From NCBI GenBank assembly GCA_034113565.1, contig JAXEXE010000031.1, forward strand, positions 14,885-78,884: a DNA stretch of 64,000 nucleotides, read 5' to 3'. The notes beneath the pieces were generated by a model. That model saw only the letters and a program-made list of their open reading frames with translations, ran no database searches and was not told the DNA's origin. Of the stretch, positions 18,749 through 26,443 are shown piece after piece. Positions within the stretch are counted from its first letter, which is position 1, and each line of letters opens with the position of its first letter. This stretch comes from Faecousia sp. (lineage in GTDB: Bacteria; Bacillota; Clostridia; Oscillospirales; Oscillospiraceae). Both the position numbers and the translations under genes were made by a program.

Positions 18749-19363
18749 TCATTTTTTGCGGAAGCAGAAATTTTCCGCCCGGCCCAGCGCGTCCAGCAGG
18801 TAGAACCGGAGCTGATAATCCGGCTCGCCGGACAGGGTTTCCGACAGGGTATCATCCATCCCCGCAGTCTGGGCCGCTGCTTCAAATTCCTCCGTTGTGG
18901 CGCTCATACACAGAGTCGGGAAGGCAACGCACCACCAGTTTTTTCCCTGTCCCTCCCCAATAACGACACGCAGTGACTCATAAACCCCGGCCGGGAGCGT
19001 AAAGGTGTCGTACTTTCGGATATCAAACGCTTCCCTGCACAATGTAACCACCGCCCGGCTGTCCACCCCTGCGGCTTCCAGCGTCTTATTTGCAACAGTC
19101 TCAATTTTCGACAGGTTCTCCTGCAGGTAATCCTTTGCCGCCTGCACATCCCCGATATCCGCCATTCCTTCGGAGAGACTGGCAACGATGGCGTCCCGGA
19201 CCTGAAGCTTTATGTTCTGGTCCTGTTCACTGTCCGAGTTGGCAACGACGTGCAGCCGGATCAACTCCTCATTCAGATACTGCCGATCCCGCAGCAGGCC
19301 CCAGGTCCAGACCGACACCGCCAGCAGCAGGCAAATGGCGAGGCACGTTCCTTTCTTTCCCAT
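18749..19363 (-). CDS. spoIIR: Stage II sporulation protein R
   Basis: LIRLHVVANSDSEQDQNIKLQVRD, YDTFTLPAGVYESLRVVIGEGQGKNWWCV.FP.LC. Confidence 0.93.
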   Translation of the reverse strand: MGKKGTCLAICLLLAVSVWTWGLLRDRQYLNEELIRLHVVANSDSEQDQNIKLQVRDAIVASLSEGMADIGDVQAAKDYLQENLSKIETVANKTLEAAGVDSRAVVTLCREAFDIRKYDTFTLPAGVYESLRVVIGEGQGKNWWCVAFPTLCMSATTEEFEAAAQTAGMDDTLSETLSGEPDYQLRFYLLDALGRAENFCFRKK

Positions 19364-19371
19364 AAAAAACA

Positions 19372-19404
19372 CCGTCCATACTGAAATACCTCCAGTATGG
19401 ACGG
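19372..19404 (-). terminator. ispE terminator overlapping the spoIIR promoter and RBS
   Basis: Perfect 12-bp stem ccgtccatactg/cagtatggacgg followed by TGTTTTTT on the minus strand. Confidence 0.7.
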
Positions 19405-19422
19405 CAAGAGTCAAAATTATAC
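19393..19422 (-). promoter_or_regulatory. SigF-type promoter of spoIIR
   Basis: GTATA-N15-GTCCATACTG versus the SigF consensus GYATA-N15-GGNNANANTR. spoIIR is SigF-dependent in B. subtilis. Confidence 0.65.
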
Positions 19423-20274
19423 GGGTTTGGCAATAAAAACCTGGGGATAGTTGTCTTTCAGCATATTGCAAGCCACAGCGGCATATTCAAAGTTTTCCAT
19501 GATGGCGAATACCGCCGAACCGGAGCCGGTCATCTGCTGGGCCAGCGCACCGTAGGTGTGGAAAATGGACTTGATGTAGTTCAGTTCCAGATGTTCCGAG
19601 GTCACCACCGGGTCAAAGACATTGCAGATATTCTCCGCCACCCTGCCCAGATCCCCGGCAAGCAGCGCCGTTTCCATGGCTCGGTTGTCGGGGTGGTCGG
19701 CGATTGCCACGGTGTCGATTTTCCGGTAAAGCTCCGGGGTGGATACGGAGAAGTCCGGCTTGCAGATCACAAATACGCAGTCCGGCATATCCGGCAGCTT
19801 TCGAAGCCGCTCCCCTCTGCCCTCCACCATGGCGGTACCGCACAGAACGCAGAACGGGACATCGCTTCCAATCTCCGCGCCCAGCTCCGCCAGAGCCATT
19901 ACAGACAGCGGTTCGCCGTAATGCCGGTTCAGCGCCCGCAGTACCGCCGCGGCATCCGCGCTGCCGCCGCCAAGGCCCGCACCGGAGGGAATTCGTTTGT
20001 TAATTCGAATTTCCAGGCCCTCAGGGTCCTTATGCAGGGTATCGCAGTAGACCTTCGCGGCTTTCCATGCCAGATTATTTTCATCCGTTGGAATGTCCTC
20101 CGCCGTGCACAGCAGCTTCCAGGGCTTTCCGGTGCCGATGTCAATTTCAATATCGTCCCGGATGGAGATGCCCTGCATTACGCTCTGCAGATCGTGATAG
20201 CCGTCCTCACGCTTGCCCAGCACATCCAGTGTCAGGTTCAGCTTGGCAAAGGCGCCTTCATAAAGTGTCGTCAT
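19417..20274 (-). CDS. ispE: 4-diphosphocytidyl-2-C-methyl-D-erythritol kinase
   Basis: AKLNLTLDV, KRIPSGAGLGGGSADAAA, GSDVPF, MTGSGSAVF. Confidence 0.96.
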   Translation of the reverse strand: MTTLYEGAFAKLNLTLDVLGKREDGYHDLQSVMQGISIRDDIEIDIGTGKPWKLLCTAEDIPTDENNLAWKAAKVYCDTLHKDPEGLEIRINKRIPSGAGLGGGSADAAAVLRALNRHYGEPLSVMALAELGAEIGSDVPFCVLCGTAMVEGRGERLRKLPDMPDCVFVICKPDFSVSTPELYRKIDTVAIADHPDNRAMETALLAGDLGRVAENICNVFDPVVTSEHLELNYIKSIFHTYGALAQQMTGSGSAVFAIMENFEYAAVACNMLKDNYPQVFIAKPV

Positions 20275-20405
20275 ACGCGTTTCCTTTCTGTTATGTGATT
20301 GCTGTCATTATAACGGAAAAGCCCTGATATTTCAATCTGTATTCTGATAAAATTACAGATTCTGCGCACCCTATCCATATCCGCATGAGAAAGGGAGGTT
20401 ATTTC

Positions 20406-20609
20406 ATGGATACCATTGCGCTGATTCTGTCCATTATCGGCTGCCTCAACTGGGGTCTGGTGGGTATTTTTCGGTTTGATATGGTGGCGTGGCTGTTTGG
20501 CGGAGCGGGCTCCCTGTTCAGCCGGGTGGTGTATACCATCGTCGGACTGGCCGGGCTGTGGTGCATCTCCTTCCTGTTCCGCAGAAAGGACCTTGTGGAA
20601 GGTGAATAA
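20406..20609 (+). CDS. DUF378 small membrane protein
   Basis: LILSIIGCLNWGLVGIF.FD.VA.LFG...VYTIVGLAGLW. RBS GGGAGG. Confidence 0.85.
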   Translation: MDTIALILSIIGCLNWGLVGIFRFDMVAWLFGGAGSLFSRVVYTIVGLAGLWCISFLFRRKDLVEGE

Positions 20610-20613
20610 AAAA

Positions 20614-20640
20614 TGGCAGCTCCCTTTCGGGAGCTGCCGG
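20614..20640. terminator. Bidirectional terminator
   Basis: ggcagctccc-tttc-gggagctgcc between convergent genes. Confidence 0.75.
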
Positions 20641-20646
20641 AATCTT

Positions 20647-21735
20647 TTAGCTGCAGCGAACAATGCACTGAACCTTCTGATCACCATAGGTGGCGGTGAT
20701 GGCCGTAGTGCCGGACTTGATCGCCTTGACTACGCCGTTTTCATCGACCGAGGCAATGTAGGGATGCTCAGAGCTCCACTGAACCTCGTTCTGCTCCAGA
20801 TCGCAGTCCAGCAAAAGCTTATACTCATAGTACACGCCCAGACGGATATCCGTCTTCTTCAGCTTCAGTGTCACATTCTTCAGGCCAGCCTGGGTGGGAG
20901 CCGCTGTGGCCTCCGTCTGTCCGGCATCGGCGGGCGCTTCCGTCTCGTCACTCTGGGGCTCGGCAGAGCCTTCCTCTGTCTGAACGGGGACTGTCTCCGG
21001 CGATTCCGTTGTGGGCGGAACCGTTTCTTCAACGTACTTAACGGTTACCGGGCACTCCATGGTGCTGACGCCGCAGCGGATGGTAATGACTGCCTCGCCC
21101 TCCGACACAGCGGTAATCCTGCCGTCCTCCGTCACCACCGCCACGGACTCATCGCTGGATGTAAACAGGATTTTGTCGGTAGTGTTTTCCGGGCTGGCCT
21201 TCACATGCAGAAGGAACATCTGCCCCTCCTCATTCAGTTCCACAGTCTTACCGCTGATGACGTACAGCTCCTGACAGGGAATGCTCAGTTCCGTCGTTTC
21301 CGTGGCCGCTGCCTGCGTTTCCTGCGTCGTCTGCAGGGCCGCGTCAGATTTTCCGCCCATATTCGGCAGGAAGTACCGGACAAAAATGAAGCCGGCAGCC
21401 ATCAGGAGCAGGGCGATCAGAACCGTCAGCACGATCACGACCAGCGTATTTGGCCGGGACTCCTCCCCGTCCTCGTCCTCGTCCTCTTCCTCCTCATCGT
21501 AATCCGTCTCCGCATAGGTAACCTCCCCCTCTTCGGATTCGGAATTCACCTCGTCAAAGTCAAAAATCTCCTTGCGCTTTCTGGGATATTCCTGAGCGTC
21601 TGTACCCTCTGCCTGCTCCAAAAGGTCCTCCCCCAGCCGGCTGCCCGCGCCATCCCTGGGACAGCCGCAGATCGGACAGCAGTCCGCAGTATCCGGATAC
21701 GAAGTCCCGCAAACGTCACAAATTATCTTACTCAT
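20647..21735 (-). CDS. Single-pass membrane protein: N-terminal Zn ribbon, acidic linker, TM, two Ig-like (Big_2) domains
   Basis: CDVCG..CPICG, poly-E/D tract, hydrophobic segment, two F/WxSxxxxxAxVxExG repeats. Confidence 0.75.
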   Translation of the reverse strand: MSKIICDVCGTSYPDTADCCPICGCPRDGAGSRLGEDLLEQAEGTDAQEYPRKRKEIFDFDEVNSESEEGEVTYAETDYDEEEEDEDEDGEESRPNTLVVIVLTVLIALLLMAAGFIFVRYFLPNMGGKSDAALQTTQETQAAATETTELSIPCQELYVISGKTVELNEEGQMFLLHVKASPENTTDKILFTSSDESVAVVTEDGRITAVSEGEAVITIRCGVSTMECPVTVKYVEETVPPTTESPETVPVQTEEGSAEPQSDETEAPADAGQTEATAAPTQAGLKNVTLKLKKTDIRLGVYYEYKLLLDCDLEQNEVQWSSEHPYIASVDENGVVKAIKSGTTAITATYGDQKVQCIVRCS

Positions 21736-21876
21736 TCTGATGCCTCCAGTTGTCCAACGACTCTGTGTCAATACTGCGTGACATTATACCACGTTTTTCT
21801 GGGAATTACAACAACAAAAGTATTGCTTTTTTCCGCCTTTTCCATTATGATATGGGGGTAAGAGGAGGCGATAGCA

Positions 21877-24800
21877 TTGTCAGAACCCACGTTGATCTCC
21901 CCCTTGCTGGACGGCTTCACCATGGGCCAGCCCATCAGCGAGCATGACGGCGTAAGCTGCTGCCCAGCCATCAAGGAAGACACAGACAAAAAATACATCG
22001 TGAAAATCATCACCATACCGGCAACACAGACCCAGATGGACGCTCTGCTGCTGGCAGGTGCCTATAAAGATCCCGCCGATGCCATGGAATACTACCGCAT
22101 GATCGGCGAGGATGTTCAGAAGGAAGCGGAGCTGCTGAAGCAACTGTCCCAGCAGGAAGGCTTCTTGCCCTATGAGGGCTGGCAAATGGCCCCCATTACC
22201 CGCAAGCGGCTGGGCTATCAGGTCTATCTGGTGGGCAGCTACAAGCGTTCCTTGGAAAAGCACCTGCGCCGCAGCCCTGTGACCCAGCTGGAGGCCATGA
22301 ATCTGGGGCTGGATCTGTGCGCGGCACTGACCGCCTGCCGAGAAGCCGGTTCGCTGTATGTGGCGCTGAAACCGGCAAATATCTTTGTATCCGAAAAGAA
22401 GCAATACCGCATCGGTGATCTCGGCTTTATTTCTCTGGACGCGCTGAGCTATACGGCGCTTCCGAAAAAATATCAAAGCCCCTACACGCCGCCGGAGCTG
22501 TTTGACCCCATGGCGGCGCTGAATCTGACGGCGGATACCTATGCCGTCGGCATGATTCTGTACCAGCTCTACAATGACGGACAGCTGCCCTCCCGGGAGA
22601 AAGCCGCCGAAGAAGCCCTGCCCTCGCCGGTGAACGCGGATTATGAACTGGCGGAGATCATCATGAAGGCCATTGACCCGGATCCCGCCGCACGCTGGGA
22701 CGACCCGGCGGAATTGGGCAAGGCGCTGGCGTCTTATATGCAGCGCAACGCTGTGAACGACGTGCCCATTACCCATATGATACCGTTGGACGCTGTGGCT
22801 GCTGCCGCACCTGAGACTGCTCCCACGACGGAACCGGCAGAAGCAGCGCCTGCCGCGCAGCCCGAGTCCGGAGATGAAGCGGTTTCCGCTGAATCCGTTT
22901 CTGAGCCGGAGACGGAGGAAGACAAAAGCCCGGAGGTAACACCGGAGGCTGAGGAGTTGGAACCGCCCGGGGAGATTTCCGGGGAAGCAATTTCCGAAAA
23001 TGACGATGTGACCTCCCAGGCGCCAGTGCCGGAGTCCCCGGAATCGCCAGAATCTCCGGCGCAGCCGGAAGAACTGCCCACAGAAACGGAGGAAGATGTC
23101 TCGCCTTCCGAATCAGAGCTGCCGGCACCGGAAGGCCCCTACGATGATTTCACCGGCATTCTTGCCAAGGCGGAGGATCTGATTCAGCATGAGACCCCCG
23201 AGGGCGTGGTGCTGCCGGATGTCCCCGAACCGCCGGATCCCTTTGCTTTCGCGAAAGAAGATTCCGACGACATTGACGACTCTGACATTCCCCTTGACCC
23301 CGTTATGGAAGAGGAAGCAGCGCCTGCTCCCAAAAAGAAGAAAAAAAGTCAGAAAAAGTACGCCGACCCCAAGTATAAGCGCAGAACCAGGCGGCTGATT
23401 TCCACATTGACTTTCCTTCTTGCCCTGTGCCTTGCCGGGCTGGCCGGATTCTGGTACTATCAGAACATTTACTTACAGGCCATCAACCGCATTTTGATTA
23501 ACGGTACCCGGGATCAGCTGACGGTCATTGTCGATACCGACGCGCAGGAATCGCTGCTGTCCGTTACCTGCTCTGACAACTACGGCAACAGCCAGAGCCA
23601 GCCTCTCAGCGGCGGCACCGCCGTATTTACCGACCTTCAGCCCAGCACGCTGTACACCATTCAGCTGGATATTGACGGCTTCCATAAGCTGGTGGGTAAA
23701 ACCTCCGACATTTTCACCACGGATGCTACCACCAATATTCTCTCCTTCACCTCCGTAGCGGGCACCGAGGACGGCTCGGTGGTGCTGAACTTTGCGGTGG
23801 AAGGGGAAGAACCGGATCAGTGGTCCCTCCACTATGCCGCGGACGATGAGGAAGCCCGGGAGGAGACCTTCGAAGGCCACTCCGTTTCCATCTCCGGTCT
23901 GACCGTGGGAAAGCTGTACACCTTTACCCTGGATGCCGGCGACAAGCTGACGCTGGGCGGCGAAAAGTCCCTGCAATTCGTGGCTACCCGGCTGATTGTC
24001 GCCGACAACCTGACCCTCACCTCCTCCAGTGACGGTGAAATCACGGTTCACTGGAACACCCCCGGCGATGTTCTTGTGGACAGCTGGACGGTACGCTGCT
24101 ACAGCGAAAATGGCTATGATGAAAAGCAGACTGTGACGGATACCGAAGCCGTCTTTATCGGCATCGACCCTGCCGCCAGTTATACCGTCGAGGTCGTTGC
24201 CTCCGGTATGACCCAGCCTGCCCGGGCCAGCATTACCGCCAACCCCATCCGTGTCTCTGAGCTGTCTGTGGATGATTCCCAGCCCCGAGAGCTCACAGTC
24301 AGCTGGGATTACGCCGGAGAGAAACCCGACGGCGGCTGGCTGCTCATATACACCGTTGACGGCGGCGGCAGAAGCATCAAAAAATGCGATCAACCGCAAG
24401 TCGCGATCGCGCCCAGGATTCCCGGCGCAAAATACGCCATGACCGTACAGGCAGCAGACGGAACCACCGTACTCGGCGGTACGCTCACCTATTCCTGCCC
24501 GGAGGCGTCTGCCTTCAATCAGTTCGAGTTCTCCGCCGAAAACGCGGAGGCAAAGCTGCTGCGGACGCCGGATCAGACAAAGTGGTACTGTGAAAATGTG
24601 GACGACAGCGAGTATACGGACACCTTTGTCTCCGGCGAGAGCATCTCCGTCGCGGTTCGCAACAGCAAGAGCTTCTATCTGCCCGGCACAGAGGTTGAGG
24701 TTCTCTATGTGATCCGGGACGCCTACGGCAACGTTCTGCCGGACTATGTTGCAGTGCAAAAGGTATTCTGGAAGAATCTCTGGGCCGGCGGCGACGCCAG

Positions 24801-24909
24801 ATGCGGTGAGTTTACGATCCCCAATGTTCCAGAAAGTGCCGGAAGCTATGAGCTCAGCCTGATCATTGACGGCATGGAAATGGCAAAGCTGCCCTTTACC
24901 ATCCAGTAA
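21877..24909 (+). CDS. Membrane-anchored Hanks-type kinase-fold protein (probable pseudokinase) with extracellular FN3/Ig-like repeats
   Basis: IVK, alphaC Glu, LKPANI, GDLG, TPPE, ADTYAVG motifs, then a Pro/Glu linker, a TM segment and beta-rich repeats. TTG start with RBS GAGGAGG. Confidence 0.78.
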   Translation: MSEPTLISPLLDGFTMGQPISEHDGVSCCPAIKEDTDKKYIVKIITIPATQTQMDALLLAGAYKDPADAMEYYRMIGEDVQKEAELLKQLSQQEGFLPYEGWQMAPITRKRLGYQVYLVGSYKRSLEKHLRRSPVTQLEAMNLGLDLCAALTACREAGSLYVALKPANIFVSEKKQYRIGDLGFISLDALSYTALPKKYQSPYTPPELFDPMAALNLTADTYAVGMILYQLYNDGQLPSREKAAEEALPSPVNADYELAEIIMKAIDPDPAARWDDPAELGKALASYMQRNAVNDVPITHMIPLDAVAAAAPETAPTTEPAEAAPAAQPESGDEAVSAESVSEPETEEDKSPEVTPEAEELEPPGEISGEAISENDDVTSQAPVPESPESPESPAQPEELPTETEEDVSPSESELPAPEGPYDDFTGILAKAEDLIQHETPEGVVLPDVPEPPDPFAFAKEDSDDIDDSDIPLDPVMEEEAAPAPKKKKKSQKKYADPKYKRRTRRLISTLTFLLALCLAGLAGFWYYQNIYLQAINRILINGTRDQLTVIVDTDAQESLLSVTCSDNYGNSQSQPLSGGTAVFTDLQPSTLYTIQLDIDGFHKLVGKTSDIFTTDATTNILSFTSVAGTEDGSVVLNFAVEGEEPDQWSLHYAADDEEAREETFEGHSVSISGLTVGKLYTFTLDAGDKLTLGGEKSLQFVATRLIVADNLTLTSSSDGEITVHWNTPGDVLVDSWTVRCYSENGYDEKQTVTDTEAVFIGIDPAASYTVEVVASGMTQPARASITANPIRVSELSVDDSQPRELTVSWDYAGEKPDGGWLLIYTVDGGGRSIKKCDQPQVAIAPRIPGAKYAMTVQAADGTTVLGGTLTYSCPEASAFNQFEFSAENAEAKLLRTPDQTKWYCENVDDSEYTDTFVSGESISVAVRNSKSFYLPGTEVEVLYVIRDAYGNVLPDYVAVQKVFWKNLWAGGDARCGEFTIPNVPESAGSYELSLIIDGMEMAKLPFTIQ

Positions 24910-24923
24910 TTTCCATATGCAGC

Positions 24924-24953
24924 GCAAGCCGCCCCGAAATCCGGGGCGGCTTC
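24924..24953 (+). terminator. Terminator after the kinase-like gene
   Basis: agccgccccg-aaatc-cggggcggct hairpin followed by a T-rich tract. Confidence 0.7.
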
Positions 24954-25021
24954 GTTATTTGGCACAAAGGCCCGACATCATGTCGCCAAAAAGTTATGAA
25001 ATCCTATGAAATTCTGAAATA

Positions 25022-25052
25022 TTCACAATTTATCCGATAAATATGCTATAAT
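25022..25052 (+). promoter_or_regulatory. Extended -10 SigA promoter
   Basis: TGcTATAAT at 25044-25052, with TTCACA upstream at a long (19-nt) spacing. Confidence 0.6.
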
Positions 25053-25058
25053 TGCGGC

Positions 25059-25230
25059 AGACTAAGGAAGCTCTGATTAAATCGATAAGAGCTGACAGCG
25101 AGAGATTTTTCCATAGCCGAAAGTCTCAAAAGCGGAGGAATACTGTATGTATTTCCCGCTTTTGGAACTGAACGGATAGGGGAAAAGATCCGCTGTCATC
25201 CGCAGGCGATTTACTCAGAGGTTCCCTAAG
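25059..25230 (+). ncRNA. Rod-shaped structured RNA, 6S-like candidate
   Basis: End-to-end pairing: ctctgattaaatcg/cgatttactcagag, a 9x9 bubble, gacagcg/cgctgtc, further imperfect helix, aaaagcgg/ccgctttt, terminal loop. Confidence 0.45.
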
Positions 25231-25247
25231 ATTCAAGAGGTAATACT

Positions 25248-25799
25248 ATGCGTGGAAAAAGTCACCTTCGCATTGCGCAGTATCTGCTGGAAAACTATAT
25301 GCCGGACGTACCAAAGCACTGCCAGACCGCGTTCCGAATCGGCTGCATCGAACCGGACCGAAACCCGGCTACATATCTGAAAGGCTCCATCCGCTGCCAG
25401 TGGCTGCGGGGACACAATTATCAGAACGCCCGGCGGTTCATGCGTTCCATTGCAGCCCGGCTGGAACGGAAGGAAAAGCTGAACCTGTATGATTATTACA
25501 CACTGGGCAAGCTGATCCACTACACTACGGACGCTTTTACCTACGCCCACAATGATACCTTCCCTGTGCAGCTGAAACAGCATAAGGAATATGAGGATGC
25601 CCTTCAGGAGCATTTTCTGCGGTTCATGGAGCGAAATCCCCAGGTGGAAATTCCCTCGGCGCACACCATTATGGAAGCCATTTCCAGCTATCACGAAGAA
25701 TATGAGCGTGTGGAATCCAATATCCATACCGATTCCCGTTTTGCCCTGAACGCCTGCTGCTGTGTGCTGGCGATTCTGTGCCTGAAGCCCATTTTTTAA
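25248..25799 (+). CDS. Zinc-dependent phospholipase C-like family protein
   Basis: SH near the N-terminus, GCIEPD, LGKLIHYTTDAFTYAHN, HKEYE metal-ligand pattern. No signal peptide. Confidence 0.78.
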   Translation: MRGKSHLRIAQYLLENYMPDVPKHCQTAFRIGCIEPDRNPATYLKGSIRCQWLRGHNYQNARRFMRSIAARLERKEKLNLYDYYTLGKLIHYTTDAFTYAHNDTFPVQLKQHKEYEDALQEHFLRFMERNPQVEIPSAHTIMEAISSYHEEYERVESNIHTDSRFALNACCCVLAILCLKPIF

Positions 25800-25813
25800 T
25801 CCCGGAGGTAGCC

Positions 25814-26407
25814 ATGTATCGTGTGTTTGCCATGTGTCTGGAAGCGGGAATCGCAGCGGTCATTCTGATTCCGGTGTTCTGGGTACTGAACCGGTACTGC
25901 TTCCGTAATTCCCGCCGGGCAGCCTGCTATCTGATACTGTCGCTCTACCTTGCCGCTGTGGACGCCGTAGTGGGGCTTCCCAGCCTGCTGTATATCCGCT
26001 TTGTTCGGAATATCAATTTGGTTCCGTTTGCCTATATGTTTTCCGACTACCGGAACAGTCTGCTCAATGTGCTGCTGTTTGTGCCGCTGGGCTTTTTTCT
26101 GCCGGTACTGTGGAAGTGGTTCCGCTCTTTTGGGCGGACTGCACTGTTTGGCTTCGGCTTTTCGCTGTCCATTGAGCTTTTGCAGCTGATGACCCCCCGT
26201 GCCACGGATATCAACGACCTGATGACCAACACGCTGGGTGCGGCGCTCGGCTGGTGCCTTGGACGGGTGATGCTGAAGCCGTTTCCTTCCATCCGGCCCA
26301 GTTGGAAAACCAAGGAGCTTGCGGTTGTGTTCGGTGTGACCTTCGGCGCTATGTTCCTGGCACAGCCCTTTTTGGCTGAAATTGTGTGGAAACTGGTTCG
26401 AAATTGA
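25814..26407 (+). CDS. vanZ: VanZ family membrane protein
   Basis: INLVPF, LLNVLLFVPLGFFLP, SLSIELLQL, RATDINDLMTNTLG. Confidence 0.85.
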   Translation: MYRVFAMCLEAGIAAVILIPVFWVLNRYCFRNSRRAACYLILSLYLAAVDAVVGLPSLLYIRFVRNINLVPFAYMFSDYRNSLLNVLLFVPLGFFLPVLWKWFRSFGRTALFGFGFSLSIELLQLMTPRATDINDLMTNTLGAALGWCLGRVMLKPFPSIRPSWKTKELAVVFGVTFGAMFLAQPFLAEIVWKLVRN

Positions 26408-26410
26408 CGC

Positions 26411-26443
26411 AAAAGCGGCATCCGCCATGGATGCCGCCTTTTC
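26411..26443. terminator. Bidirectional terminator between vanZ and pcrA
   Basis: gcggcatcc-gccat-ggatgccgc with flanking A- and T-tracts. Confidence 0.7.

Noticed and set aside
22760-23340. Short repeats (ESPESPES) in the pseudokinase linker
   Set aside because: Ordinary low-complexity disordered linker.
25059-25230. Lysine, glycine or c-di-AMP riboswitch
   Set aside because: Only scattered short motifs match. The fold is one long rod rather than a multi-way junction.
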